This document shows positions 37,907 through 50,295 of a stretch of 64,000 nt of DNA, in pieces. The first letter of the stretch is position 1; every line of letters begins with the position of its first letter. This DNA is from Leptogorgia sarmentosa (Eukaryota). The stretch is taken from positions 24,676,001 to 24,740,000 of the forward strand of contig OZ210885.1 in NCBI GenBank assembly GCA_964658305.1, read 5' to 3'. Under the pieces are notes generated by a model. It did not search any database. It saw only the letters and a program-made list of their open reading frames with translations, and was not told where the DNA came from. Made by a program: the position numbers and the translations under genes.

Positions 37907-38410
37907 ACACTAATCTTTTGAGTCAAATGTTTTACATTACTGTTTTAAAACTTGAAATGTCAACTTTACTTCTAAACCAACCAAATCTGGAGAATACATA
38001 TTTAGTATGTTGTTCATGTTGTTCTAACATAAAATACTTTTACTTAATATCTACCTACAGCCTACCACATCCAACCTTGGCATATCGAATGGAGGTGTCC
38101 ATAGACTTCTTGAACTGCTCGTAATTTTCATGTGCAGTTGGTAGCTTAAGTTGTCTGAAACAGAAGTCAACTGCTGGCAAAACATGTCCCTCCTTTGGCA
38201 GGAAGGACACACTCAGTTTTTCTCCCATAGTAGGTAGAGAAGGCCATCCTGTCCAGAACTGCACCAAGTCTTCTAACTGCTCTTCATCTGTACTTTCTGT
38301 GAAATTGCAGCAAATAGAACCTTTTTAGATCAAACTAAATGTAGTAACAATACCAATGTACTGTGCATAAGCACAGTTAGTTTGTAAAAAAAAATGGGTA
38401 CCAGTATCTA

Positions 38411-39128
38411 CAGGGTGTATAAAAAAAAAGTTTACTCGCGAAAAATGTCTTTTAGGCCGAAGCGCACGCACCCCATTGCAAACCATTGGTATATCTAAGT
38501 AGTTTGAGCCCTTCGGATACATCCTACACTAAAAGTTTGCAGAAAACGACCATTTTACGACTACGAAAAGTGTTATAAAAAGCCGTAGTAAAAATGGCTT
38601 GCGCGAAAAAATGTGAGGCGAAAAATGCAATTTGATTTGACAGCCTAAATCTATCGAACAGGTTTCATAAGTTATTCAAGTTTTGAGAAATGTGCGATGT
38701 CCGAAAACTGGATTTTCCGCAATTTCTTCGCGTAATTACGTACCTTTGGGAATTAGCTTCCAATTTGCATTGGTAATTAATGCAAATATCCAATTATGCA
38801 TAAATTAATCGGTAATCACGCAGGAAAGAACGCAAAATCCAGTTCGTCTCAGCGTGCACCAAATTTCTCAAAACTTGAATAACTTATGAAACTTGTTCAA
38901 TAGATTTAGGCTGTCAAATCAAATTGCATTTTTCGCGCAAGCCATTTTTACTACGGCTTTTTATAACACTTTTCGTAGTCGTAAAATGGTCGTTTTCTGC
39001 AAACTTTTAGTGTAGGATGTATCCGAAGGGCTCAAACTACTTAGATATACCAATGGTTTGCAATGGGGTGCGTGCGCTTCGGCCTAAAAGACATTTTTCG
39101 CGAGTAAACTTTTTTTTCATACACCCTG
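38411..39128. mobile_element. Tc1/mariner-type foldback MITE with long (about 270 bp) TIRs, in an intron of the HECT-like gene
   Basis: TA|CAGGGTGTAT...ATACACCCTG|TA. Arms at about 38411-38690 and 38860-39128 are near-perfect reverse complements. Confidence 0.9.
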
Positions 39129-41306
39129 TATAATTATAAGAATTTGTAAAAAAAAATTGCACTGTGCCTACCTCTAGCTGACAATTCATCTAAGTATTTT
39201 TCAAAAAACAACTTTGCATTTACAGGACTGTCACCCTCCACTTGGGCATATTGTATGATTTTTGTCAAATCATTCAGTTCAATCTGAGAAGTTGCCTCGG
39301 GAAAGACAACTCGCCTAATCTCTTGATGTTGTGCGGCTAGGTCAAGCAAATTCTTTCTACCAGTCATTGAAGACAATCCCTTTCGCATGTCATCCAACGA
39401 TGGGATTCGCTTGGTTATGACTTCGTAAGTAAGGCAACACTCGTAGGCTAATTGCCTATTTGAAGGGCTGACCATTCCATGTGGAAAACCCGATGCCATG
39501 CGATATCAAAATGTGGGATCGATATGTAGCACCAATATCAAATGTGGGATCTTTATATTTGGCTATTACTTGACTTACAAAACTTTTCTCTCTTGTTATA
39601 AGCAACTCCTCTTGTATTAGCCCTTTTTTCACATGGCTAACAAATGATTTGAGCTCGTCCATTGGGTCACATTTGTGCCTTTTCGGATTCCAAACACTTG
39701 TATTCCAAATCTCCTCATCAGAAGATGTATCTGAAACTAGGAGTTGAATAAAAAATAATGATAAGCACTCATCTTTGATTATAATTTTAGCTGCATCTAC
39801 CAGGCCAGTCAAACAAACTATTAGTCAAGATGGTTGGAAAGTCATGCTCAGGTATCTGAAAATGCAAACTTAGAATTGGGCTGTGAATAAATCCCATATC
39901 ATTTATTATTTTAACAATGAACAGACATTGTGAAGTCTTGTTCTTTTTTTCTACTGCATTATGTGGTTTTAGTGAAGCTTCAATTCGCAAGTAACATAGT
40001 GTTTAAATAAACAATTTAGAACTTTAGAAATTAAATGCAAGTTGTTGTTGTTGGAACAAATTAACTAAGTGACATGCAGCGAGAGGTAATGCATTGCATT
40101 GTGAGTAAAGCCTGTTTTCTACTTGGCAAACAACAAAAAAAAGTAATTTGGCAGAAATAGTCTGATATGAGACAATACAATATACCAGGGGTTGTAGGCT
40201 TGTAGCTAGCAATGGGCTGACTTAAGACACTTCCTAAAGTGGCTTAATAATATATGAGGACAAAAATGAGAAATTACCAATTTCATCTTGGTTACTCAAA
40301 AGCCTATTGACTGCATCATCCATATTACATGCATTTGCTATAATGCTTTCAAGTTCTCTATCTGGGAACATTTCACGCAACTGGATCTCTTCATCTTTTG
40401 ACAGGTGCTGGCAAGTAACATTGGTGGTAGGGTAATCGATACTGGCCACTAGTGGTGGGCTGCTGGTAGTAGGGTTCCAGGTACTGCTCATGGGGCTGTG
40501 ACCAATACCACTGCTTGTTGAGGGCAATGTTGTAGGATCATCAACTTGGACTGCTGGTTGCTTCAGGTCGGTTGCAATATGTTCAGCACTTGTGTTCAGC
40601 TGCTGGGGGCTGATAATCTGCGATACTGTGTCACACATGTATGGCTCAATGCTCTTTGTACAAAGCAGATCAGTTTCTGGCACAAGCCAAACAGTTTTCT
40701 GAGAAAAAAGTTTTGATATCTTTTCTCCATCAAGCTTGCTGCCTGCCAGATTTGGTGCAACCAGATCATTACCAACACCCAACATGATTTGGAAGCTACA
40801 TTGTATACAATAACAAACATAAGATATGATATAAAAAAATACTTTGAACAGTAAAATATTTTAAACTTTGCTGCTATATTAACAGAAATAGGTTCTACCA
40901 GTCACACGAGTCAATATATCTGATTATCTGTGCCCATGGACTGTGCATGTGGATGTATTGTCACTAATCAGTATTCTGTGATTCAGGCTTTAGCTACTGA
41001 TTTGCTTGTTAGTTATTGATGAGACATACATGAAGTTTTATCGTCTCTACTTTTTCTCTCTCTTCATCTTATACACAGCAAAAAATTTGGAGCCTGCAGT
41101 TCAACAGGATTGAACAATATCACAGAGTATATATCATACAGAGGTCTAACTCAATGTTAAAAAGTAACATTTTCATGTACCCACTTTTTTAACTCGGTCT
41201 GGCGAAAAGTTTAAATTTAGTCATCATCATCCAATCAGATGAACACATCTGGTAACTTGCAGAGCATGCACACAAAAAAGTGGGTTACAACAGTTAGACC
41301 TCTGTA

Positions 41307-41832
41307 CAGGGGCCGGTTGTTCGTAGCCCGTTTAGCTTAAACGGTGGATAAGTCAAATTTAAATTACACTCCCGTTCATCTCGTGAATAACTGAACATGA
41401 ATTTTAAACCCTAAATATGTAGTTATTTACATAAGTGTTCTTCTCAGATTGAACATTTTTATTATTATTGTTCAATGAACACACAGACTTGTTTGATATT
41501 TTGGACTTATCCACCGTTTAGGCTAAATGGGCTATGAACAACCGGCCCCTGGGGTGTAGTGGAGGGAAGAGGGGGGCTGAGCCCCCTTTGTTAAAATTTC
41601 AAGTCAATTTGGGGGGGCTCAGCCCCCCTTTATTATTTTAGTTTTGTATGCTAAATTTGATTTGACCATTGAATCCCTATCAATTCAGTAGAGATAACTC
41701 TAGCAGAAGAAAACATGCAACAATTAGTTGACAATTATTACTTGTCAAACAAGCAGTTCAGTGTAGAAGTTCCCATCCCTCCCCCAAATTTGTCAGAGCC
41801 CCCCTTGTTAAAAATCTAGGACTACACCCCTG
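41307..41832. mobile_element. hAT-type MITE, interrupted 3 bp from its end by a Harbinger-type MITE
   Basis: Reconstructed TIRs CAGGGGTGTAGT / ACTACACCCCTG. 8-bp TSD CCTCTGTA at 41299-41306 and 41833-41840. Confidence 0.82.
41310..41548. mobile_element. Harbinger-type MITE in a CWG site
   Basis: TIRs GGGCCGGTTGTTC.. / ..GAACAACCGGCCC (about 45 bp, imperfect), flanked by CAG and CTG. Confidence 0.78.
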
Positions 41833-42928
41833 CCTCTGTATATGTAATTACTCTGTGACAATATTTTGCTGCGCACAAGTGCCCACATTGTTCATAGTTG
41901 TCAACAACATTGACAATATTGTTGAGTTTGAACTGGGTGTAACAATGCTGAACATTATCGGTAGCAAACTTTCGTTCATCATGTAGTGTAAATCAACAGA
42001 ACTTTGTGAATTGTGATTCATATTAACAGTATAAAAATAACAGCATGAGACCTTGTGTATACATCAATTCAAATCAGCATTTTGGAACAGAAACCTTACC
42101 CAGTATCATTAAGCACAAGATTGAAAGCATCTCTGAGGTGTTGGAATACTTCCTCTTCTGTCCACTCTTTATAGAATTCAAAGCATTGAATGACTTGCCC
42201 TCTGCGCACGAGGTCAGCCTTGTTGCTTCCGCGTACGACAAATCTACTTTCAGCCTTTGATAGAAGCACGACTTCTCGAGTAAATTTCTTGGGCCTTGCT
42301 CTTCTGTTTCCCCTGCCTCGTGATCGTGCGCTACGCGAACTAAAGCGATTTTGGGAGCCAAGAACAGGAATGAAAGATGCCACAGTTCCTCCTCCACGAC
42401 CACGGCCTTGACCTCTGCCTCCAGCACGAAATATTGCTCGCAGTTCTTGCTGCGGTGATGAATACGACCTTGCATTTGAAGACGATGAAGTGTCAGTCGT
42501 AGAACTGCCATGCGACGATGAATTACTTATGTTACTTCCCTGAACAGCGTCAGAAACGATTCTTCGAAAACCGGGATGGCTGACAAGATTCTCAACTACA
42601 GCTCTGAGATCACGTTCTTGGTTCTGATCAGTCGCCATATTTGCATAACAAAAGCGCTGCATTTTGGCGCGAAATGTGGCAAAACTGCGAAAAAGCGTGA
42701 TTTGATCGTTAGTGCCCATTACTTTATATATTTTTTGCGTAAGTCGTTGTATATATTTATTTGAGATTTGACTTTAAATATTTTTACCGTTGATCTTATA
42801 TATGTATTTATTTTGACTTTACATATACAATTTTTACTTTCTATATATTTATTTGACTTTAGAAATTCGACTTTAACTTTGTATAATTAACCTAATCTTT
42901 TTGTCATATTTGGCGCCCCATAAATAAA

Positions 42929-45260
42929 CGACCAAGAAAATGAAGATGTAAGGCAAAGACTACCTAACGATTCTGATGAAACTGAGTCATATAACGAATC
43001 ATTACCACAACATCTTGCATCAAGTGCTGATTCAGTTCAACCACCTATTGGAATAATTGCTCACAATCAACCATCAGATATAAGTGATGATGACCTACGA
43101 AAAACTATAAGATCATTGAACAATGAACAACGCTATGCATATGACCTAGTTCTTTCTTGGTGTAGAAACAAGATGGCAAACCTAAACACACTTAAACCTT
43201 CCAAAGTAGATCCGCTATATCTCTTCGTTACTGGAGGTGGAGGTGCAGGCAAATCGCACTTAATCAGAGCTATATATCATACAGTTACAAAAATATTCAG
43301 ACATGCTCCTATGAATCCTGAATTATCTTCTTGTTTGCTTATGGCTCCAACTGGTGTAGCTGCTATAAATATCAATGGAACAACCGTACACACAGCTCTA
43401 GCAATTCCAAAAGAATGTGGGAATAGTGTACCTGCAATGTCTGATCAGCGAAGAACACAAATGAGACTGTCCTTGGCTGAATTGAAGCTTATAATAATTG
43501 ATGAAATATCAATGGTCTCAAACATGGGTTTGCTGCATATTCATCAGAGATTGAAAGAGATATTTGTTACGTCCAATAGTGAACTTTTCGCAGGAATTAG
43601 TCTACTCACTTTCGGTGACTTTTTTCAGTTACCACCAATTCGAAGTGCAACAGCCTTTTCCAATTACAAGAATGATGCATTCAATCTATATCATCCATGG
43701 CATGCTTTTAAAATGGCAGAACTAACACAAATCATGAGACAGAAAGATGATATCCCCTTTACACAAACGTTAAATAGACTTCGTACTGCTTCACATACCA
43801 ACGATGATATCAAGTGTATCCAGTCTCGAGCAATAACTACAAGTGATGAAAACTATCCATTGGATGCATTACACATTTTTGCAGAGAATGCACCTGCAGA
43901 TGAATACAATATTAACCGTCTAGAACAAATTCATTCACCTGAGTACATATTAAAAGCTTTAGATCAATTCCCACCTAATGTTCGAAAACAGGATATTGAA
44001 AGATTTTTGTCCAATGGGAGATCCGAGACTGGAGGACTTGAAACCAAAATTATGATCAAAGAAAGTGCAAGAGTAATGCTAACAACGAATGTGGACATTA
44101 CTGATCGATTAATTAATGGGCAGTTAGGTACAGTAATCAGAATTAGTGTTGATAATCATAGCAATACACCCTCTACTGTCTTTGTTAAATTTGATGATAG
44201 TAATGCAGGACTCTCTGCTATGCGAAGTTCATCAAGTAGTTTTGCAAGAGAAAACAATCTTGTTCCTATCAAACCTGTACTGGCGAGAATTAAAGTCAGA
44301 CCAGGAAAACCATCATCTCCTGAAATACAAAGATTGCAATTTCCTTTAACTCTTGCGTGGGCATGCACTGTGCATAAAGTACAAGGATTGACTCTAGATA
44401 ACATCGTCGTCAGTCTTGATTTAAGGAAGCAAAGGTACTTTAACTATGGTCAAGTGTATGTCGCACTCAGTCGAGCAACGTCTTTAAATGGTTTGCACAT
44501 CTTAGGAACACTCGAGAATAAACATATTCGAGCTAATCCTAAAGTCCAGGAAGAATACGAACGATTGCGTGAAATTTTGAGGGTCCAACCACAACTAACC
44601 CTAGATTTAAATGACAAACAGTCTGTTTCCATCTGTATTTTAAACATCCGATCATTTAAGAAGCACTGTCTTGACTTGAGTAATGACCCAACTTTATCAA
44701 AATGCGATGTACTTGCTTTAACAGAGACTCAACTCTTAAGCAATGTTGGAAATGATGAAATGAGCTCAATTCTCAACGATTTTTTTCTTCACAGGCAAGA
44801 TCATAATTCTGATAAGTTCTTAAGTTTGGCCGTTTGCTACAAAAAAACTATTACACTTAGTGAAGTAGCATATTTCAGTTCAATAAATGGGTTAAAATTT
44901 GTAATTAGTAGCTCAGGTAACAATACGTCTTTCACATGTCTATTACTTTATCATAAAAATGGACCTAATATTCAGCAGTTCATTTCATGCTCAGAATACA
45001 TAATGAACAGCTGTGATATCGATATTATTTGTGGTGACTTTAATATTGATTACTTTAACCAAAAGAATAGTTATTTGTTGAAACAACTCGCTGAATCGTT
45101 AAATTACTTTCAACTTGTAACTCAACCAACATTTGTTTCATCTGGAAGTCTTCTCGACCATGTCTATGTTAGGAACTCAATAAGGAATAATGTTGAAACA
45201 AAAGTAATAAGTGTATATTACTCAGATCACGACGCTGTTAACGTTACATTAAAGTTTTGA
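42929..45260 (+). pseudogene. Helentron polyprotein part 3: PIF1 helicase + EEP/AP-like endonuclease (frame open to the stop)
   Basis: TGGGGAGKS, APTGVAA, IIDEISMV, GDFFQLPP, LTQIMRQKD, LINGQLG, QFPLTLAWACTVHKVQG, YVALSRAT. Then LNIRS, LTETQL, CGDFNID, LLDHVY, YSDHDAV. Confidence 0.93.
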
Positions 45261-48135
45261 TATACTGCATAATTTCAAATTCAATTGCATTTGCACTCGC
45301 GTAAAAGCTATTCAGTTACTCTTCCTATTAAATTCTTCAGATTGCCGGAAAAATGGTCAACAAGGACACTGGCTTGGGGACTCTCATAGCTCCCTGAAGA
45401 GACTGCCATGAGGAGTGTTCTTCCGTTTTACACAATGATGGTAAGTTTAATTATGTTAACCGAATGTAAATAGCTACAAAATGTACAGTAACAATTGAAC
45501 AGCAAACTACACAGCTTAATTGTATGAACAAAAATTTTCTCTCCTTTTAGAATAGAATGGTTGAAAGAGACAGTTCTGCCAATTATCACCAATTAGAATG
45601 AAGACTTAGAGAATAAGACAGTTTAGAAACATTATCCTCAAATATGATCAGAAGGTATGTCAAAATTAATTGCAGCTTCCAATTTGTACAGTATATTTAG
45701 TCTAACACCAAATTGCCCTCTACACAGTACTTGCTTCAACTGTCGTTTTCATTTTTTCAGTTGCACTCTTCAGTGCAAGCCGTGTACAATTTTAGAAGTT
45801 CGTTAGTTGGATGAATTCCAATATCTTTTTATTTTTATTGCTTCCGTTTATGTAATCATTACTTTTGTATTTTTATAGATAACATCCAACAAATTCCTAT
45901 AAGCAACGAAGCAATATCCACAGAATAATTCTGTGAAATGTCTGCTTATCTATACACGGTTATGTGGACACTCGTGGTTTTGTACGTAATTCTTTAGACT
46001 TCATGCACGTTACCCTTGACAGATGGCTGCAGTTGATCGTTTTATTTAAGGACATACAAATTGTAGTGGTAGAACTACCATATGAACTTCATCTAAATGT
46101 CAACATTGCAAAACTTCCAGAAAATTCTGCTAATGGAACATACCGTTACCACCATCATCTCTTCCGTGTGCATGTATACAGCAAACTGTCATGCAATAAT
46201 ATACCAAATGGAGTGAAATATAAATATGCAAGTTTCAGGATCGACAGTCTCCCTCACAATTGACTACTGCTTGCTACTGGTACCAAAGGAAGATTGCCAT
46301 TTCTAATGGTGATGATCAACACTTGAATTTTTGCTAAATGAAGCACAAAATCATTCACAATTACTGGCAACAACTTGTCAAACTTGGTTTCTTGCGGGCC
46401 AAAACATATGTCGTGGCAGTAACTACAGCTCAAGGTTCAAACTGTCTTTGCTTTGCTTTTGAGCTCCCTCTATATATCCACAAGCTATTCAATAATTCAT
46501 GCTGTCTTCTTTTAATGTTTGTTTTATGTGTAATTGTATGTTTGTCTTTCTGTCAATTGTTATTGTTGATTTTTTCATAAGCGAGTAAGTGGCATTAACT
46601 GTAGCTCTCAACATGCAGAGTTAACTCAACTGTCTCCATCTATAAACTCCTCATGGAACTCTAATTATAATGGCCAGTCTCTCTTCTTCAATGTTATTGT
46701 ATTATGTGTAACTGTCTGTCTCTCAAGTTGGTAATTATTGTGTTCTATGTGAAGTTATATGAATTTTGTTTAATATTATTTATTATATAAAAGTGTAAAA
46801 AATAAGTAAATAAATATTTTAAACCATCGTCCATTTGTTCATTCTGTTATATACTTCTCTACATATATCGCTATACAACAAACAAGAGGAAATTTAAAAA
46901 CATAGCGATATATAAAGGCTGAGTTACACTACTCACAGTTCCTGTTATCACAGTAGAATTTTGCACAACTAAATTCTGCCTTTTGATAGATTTGTAGGAA
47001 GTGTTTGAGGAAACTGCTTGCTGTATCAGTTCTCTCAAACATTTCTTGGAAGACGGGAAGAGTCGAAGACGGCGAAAACAAACACGAAAGCTATAAATGC
47101 GAAAGCTCGCAAATATGTTGGCTATCATCAACCATATTAACTAAATACAATTTAAAATTATGGCTATCTTGTTGTGACGAGTTCTACTGTGTTACACATC
47201 TGAGTTTGCCCGCTATTTGCGAATTGCGATGGCAATGTCGGCCAACTAAATATTTTAATATAATACGCACGGCGGCTGGTTAACAGTAGCTATTTTAAAT
47301 TGTGCATGACGAGCCAAATACAAGTTTCTGCTAATAATGATAATAAATTTAAATCTCTATATTCATTGCTGATATATAAAGAACATTTTAACTGCTTTAT
47401 CAACGTATTCAGACATGTAGGCCACATGTTATCATCATAGTGAATTACTGATTCACGGTCTCACTCTTAGCATCCGCCATATTGTGTAATTTCATTTCCT
47501 GATTCCCCAGACATTGTGCTGAGTTGCAATTTTTGCAAAAACTTAAATTCCGGAGGGGCCTCCGCCATTGTGTACTGTATTGTGCGCTTCTTTGATCACA
47601 TTTCTCATCTAACAAACTTTCGTATCAATGAGAACAACTGCAAATAATGATGACCAATGATATATAACTGCAATCGAATCATTTTTGTTCAAACATTCCA
47701 AGGATATCAGTCAACTACGGAGTTTCACATATCAGGAGAATTTGGGACGCTCCCCCCGGAGTTTACACTATGAATGAATCGCTGAATAGCTGAATCGCTG
47801 ATGTGAATTTTCGCCCCTCATCACAATACTGCAAAGTTAAACTTTGCACTAAAAACCAATATTGCCAACGTTTAAGAGGTCCCAAGCTCCAATTTTGTTC
47901 ATAGAGCGTCTTGTTAATTTCAAAGCCACATCGTTTTAATTAAAATTCCAAGACCCAATCACATATCACAATATAATCATCAAACGCTCATCCACTACCA
48001 TCCCTCACAACAATCATTACACACGTATATCAACCACCATCTTCCATCATCATGTCTGTTTCCACCCGTCTATCCTCCCCTTTCCCCCAACATCTGGACC
48101 GATCCAAGTGGAAGCACCACACAAGACAGCTGAAC

Positions 48136-49004
48136 CATAGATATAGGAAGCCTAGATTGCTGACTGTAGAATAATTATATGCTGACGCATGTGGCAAACA
48201 TGAGCATCCAAGATGGCTGCTCAACCGGTCAAATTAATAGGAGCTAGTATGGGGAAAACCATGTTTTTCGCATTTTACGTCCGCATAACGTTTCCGATCA
48301 CGTTCTAGCACCATTTTTTGGAAATAACTACCCGTGCTGAAGGTTTTGGATGAAAATTGAGCAATTTGAATGGAATTAACCCCGAAATAATCGATCGTAA
48401 AGTGCGGCCAAAACAGTGAAATTGTTGTTTCAAGACGTTCGAGCCTATCAACCGGTAAACTAACTTATTTTTCTTCAACTAATCGTTGCCAGAAAGAATA
48501 TATTTTGTAAACTTTGGCCTCTTGGATGAATTCCCTTCACGGACAACTCGGTCGCCGAAACGGCGACTAAATATACAGTGAGAATTGTGGACGACAAATC
48601 GCTTCCTGTTTCTCTACCAACACGCCGCTTTCTATTTCTTATCTTTCACAGAAGTCCTATAGAATATTCCAACACCTCAAAGTTATCCAAAAGCTTCATT
48701 CTTCACCTGAAATGTTTCGAACGAAGTCAAGTGACTGTTTTGGCCGCACTTTACGATCGATTATTTCGGGGTTAATTCCATTCAAATTGCTCAATTTTCA
48801 TCCAAAACCTTCAGCACGAGTAGTTATTTCCAAAAAATGGTGCTAGAACGTGATCGGAAACGTTATGCGGTCATAAAATGCGAAAAACATGGTTTTTCCC
48901 ATACTAGCTCCTATTAATTTGACCGGTTGAGCAGCCATCTTGGATTTTCAAAAGTTGCCACACATTTTATACGGAGGCAGCAATCTAGGCTTCCTATATC
49001 TATG
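48136..49004. mobile_element. P-superfamily-like foldback MITE (869 bp)
   Basis: TIRs CATAGATATAGGAAGCCTAGATTGCTG and its reverse complement, plus inner arms of about 235 bp. 8-bp TSD AGCTGAAC at 48128-48135 and 49005-49012. Confidence 0.88.
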
Positions 49005-49016
49005 AGCTGAACCCAC

Positions 49017-49811
49017 CAACAACCACGATCAATCGGATAAATGTGTCCAAATCAAATCACACCCTATCCCAAAACCCAATCCTGACCCCAACCGATCCAT
49101 CCCAAGTCATAAAACTACACCTTAAAGCCAACCCCCATCCAAATCCTGCACCTAAACCCTTAGACCATCATCACGCCTGCTTCCACTTGCACAACTCCAA
49201 CTTCCCCTTTTCCTTCTACGCCCCATGATCGTTCCAAGAGGAAGCACCACACAATACAACTACCACCGATCCCCTCAATCGAAATCTAACCCAAACCCTA
49301 AACCTCACCCTAACCACCTCCAACCTAAATGGACCCCTGTCCTCACCCAAACCCAATCCTTAATCTGACCCTAACCAATCAAATCCGAACCCTTCAGGAC
49401 ACCCTCAACATAACCCCAACCCAATCCTTAATCTGACCCTAACCAATTCCACCCTAACCCTCAAACACACCCTCAACATAACCCCAACCCAATCCTCAAT
49501 CTGACCCTAACCATCAAATCCGAACCCTTAAAAACACCCTTAGCACGCAGAGTCGGTCCCTCAACTGCCTTATAAGTTTTTCAGTCCCACTGTTGCGGTG
49601 GGCCCGACCCCGGGCCCTCCGCCGCCTCAGGCGGTGCGTCGCTCCACACGTCATTTACATGCAGCGCGGCAAGCAAACACACGCAAAGATTTTCCGTACT
49701 CTGGGCTGCCAAGACTGCGAAAGGCGAGGCTTCTGCCTCGGGGGCTTGGGAGGATCAACCTCCGTCCCAAGAGATCGAACCAAGTAGGGTCAACATGTTT
49801 CTAATTTACTT
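49017..49811 (+). repeat. Left copy of an inverted 0.8-1.0 kb repeat, with about 3 units of a 68-bp CCCTAA-containing minisatellite and a GC-rich segment
   Basis: Near-identical reverse complement of 57824-58838. The ORF track gives matching peptides at 49598.. and 57831.. Confidence 0.92.
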
Positions 49812-50213
49812 GTTATCACAATTTACTTGTTATCACAGTTAACAAACGTAATTGGTTCGCCGTCTGTCATACCGGCGCGGCGGGGTGGCCCGGCGCACAG
49901 GCAGCCATTCATCGTCCGGATCGCGGTTAAAACCACCCACCACTCGTCAACGAAAAATAGGTGCACTCGCACGCCAGCCGCAGTGTGTTGGGCCTGGCAC
50001 CCAATATGCGAGCACCTCGTTCCAAGACCAGCTAGCAGGTTAGAAACGTGCTTTCCCAGTTATGCTTGGGGCCTGATGAAACATAACTACGAGTTTTCAG
50101 CGGAAGACCAGGGGACGGGGCCCGGTGATAGTTGGCAATCACTACGGCCCAGGCATTCACACAAAACATTACTATAAACCCGGGTTTTGCCAGTACTACA
50201 CACAATACGGTTC

Positions 50214-50295
50214 GTTTTAATATAATTCCTTTTAATATAATTCCTTTTAATATAATTCCTTTTAATGTAATTCATTCTAATGTGATTCATTTTAC
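50214..50295. repeat. 15-bp tandem repeat (ttttaatataattcc), 3 perfect copies plus degenerate copies
   Basis: Seen directly in the sequence. Confidence 0.85.

Larger units (their letters stand above)
41121..41857. mobile_element. P-superfamily-like MITE hosting two further MITEs
   Basis: Termini CACAGAGT / ACTCTGTG with inner IR TACAGAGGTCTAACT / AGTTAGACCTCTGTA. 7-bp TSD ACAATAT at 41114-41120 and 41858-41864. Confidence 0.72.
38055..42638 (-). pseudogene. Spliced HECT E3-ligase-like gene (G2E3-like C-lobe, CUE-like motif) of the IS3EU element, probably internally deleted
   Basis: Last exon reads LVQFWTGWPSLP...LPAVDFCFRQLKLP...YEQFKKSMDTSI..GCG. Other exon ORFs are 39134-39499, 39456-39812, 40234-40785 (QLREMFP...DDAVNRLL) and 42096-42719. 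Confidence 0.72.
35749..42922. mobile_element. IS3EU-type DNA transposon (about 7.2 kb including nested inserts)
   Basis: TIRs of about 110 bp starting TATGGGGCGCCAAATATGAC. 6-bp TSD AATAAA at 35743-35748 and 42923-42928. Removal restores YDPINDQENE. Contains convergent integrase and HECT-like genes. Confidence 0.88.
20407..45260 (+). mobile_element. Helentron/Helitron2-type rolling-circle transposon (minimum extent; termini not resolved), split by three nested insertions
   Basis: Rep HUH motifs, PIF1 helicase and a C-terminal EEP/AP endonuclease fall in one reading frame once the TSD-flanked insertions are removed. Confidence 0.88.

Noticed and set aside
43116..45260. Stand-alone host PIF1 gene
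   Set aside because: It is in frame with the upstream Rep domain once the IS3EU insertion is removed, and is fused to an endonuclease.
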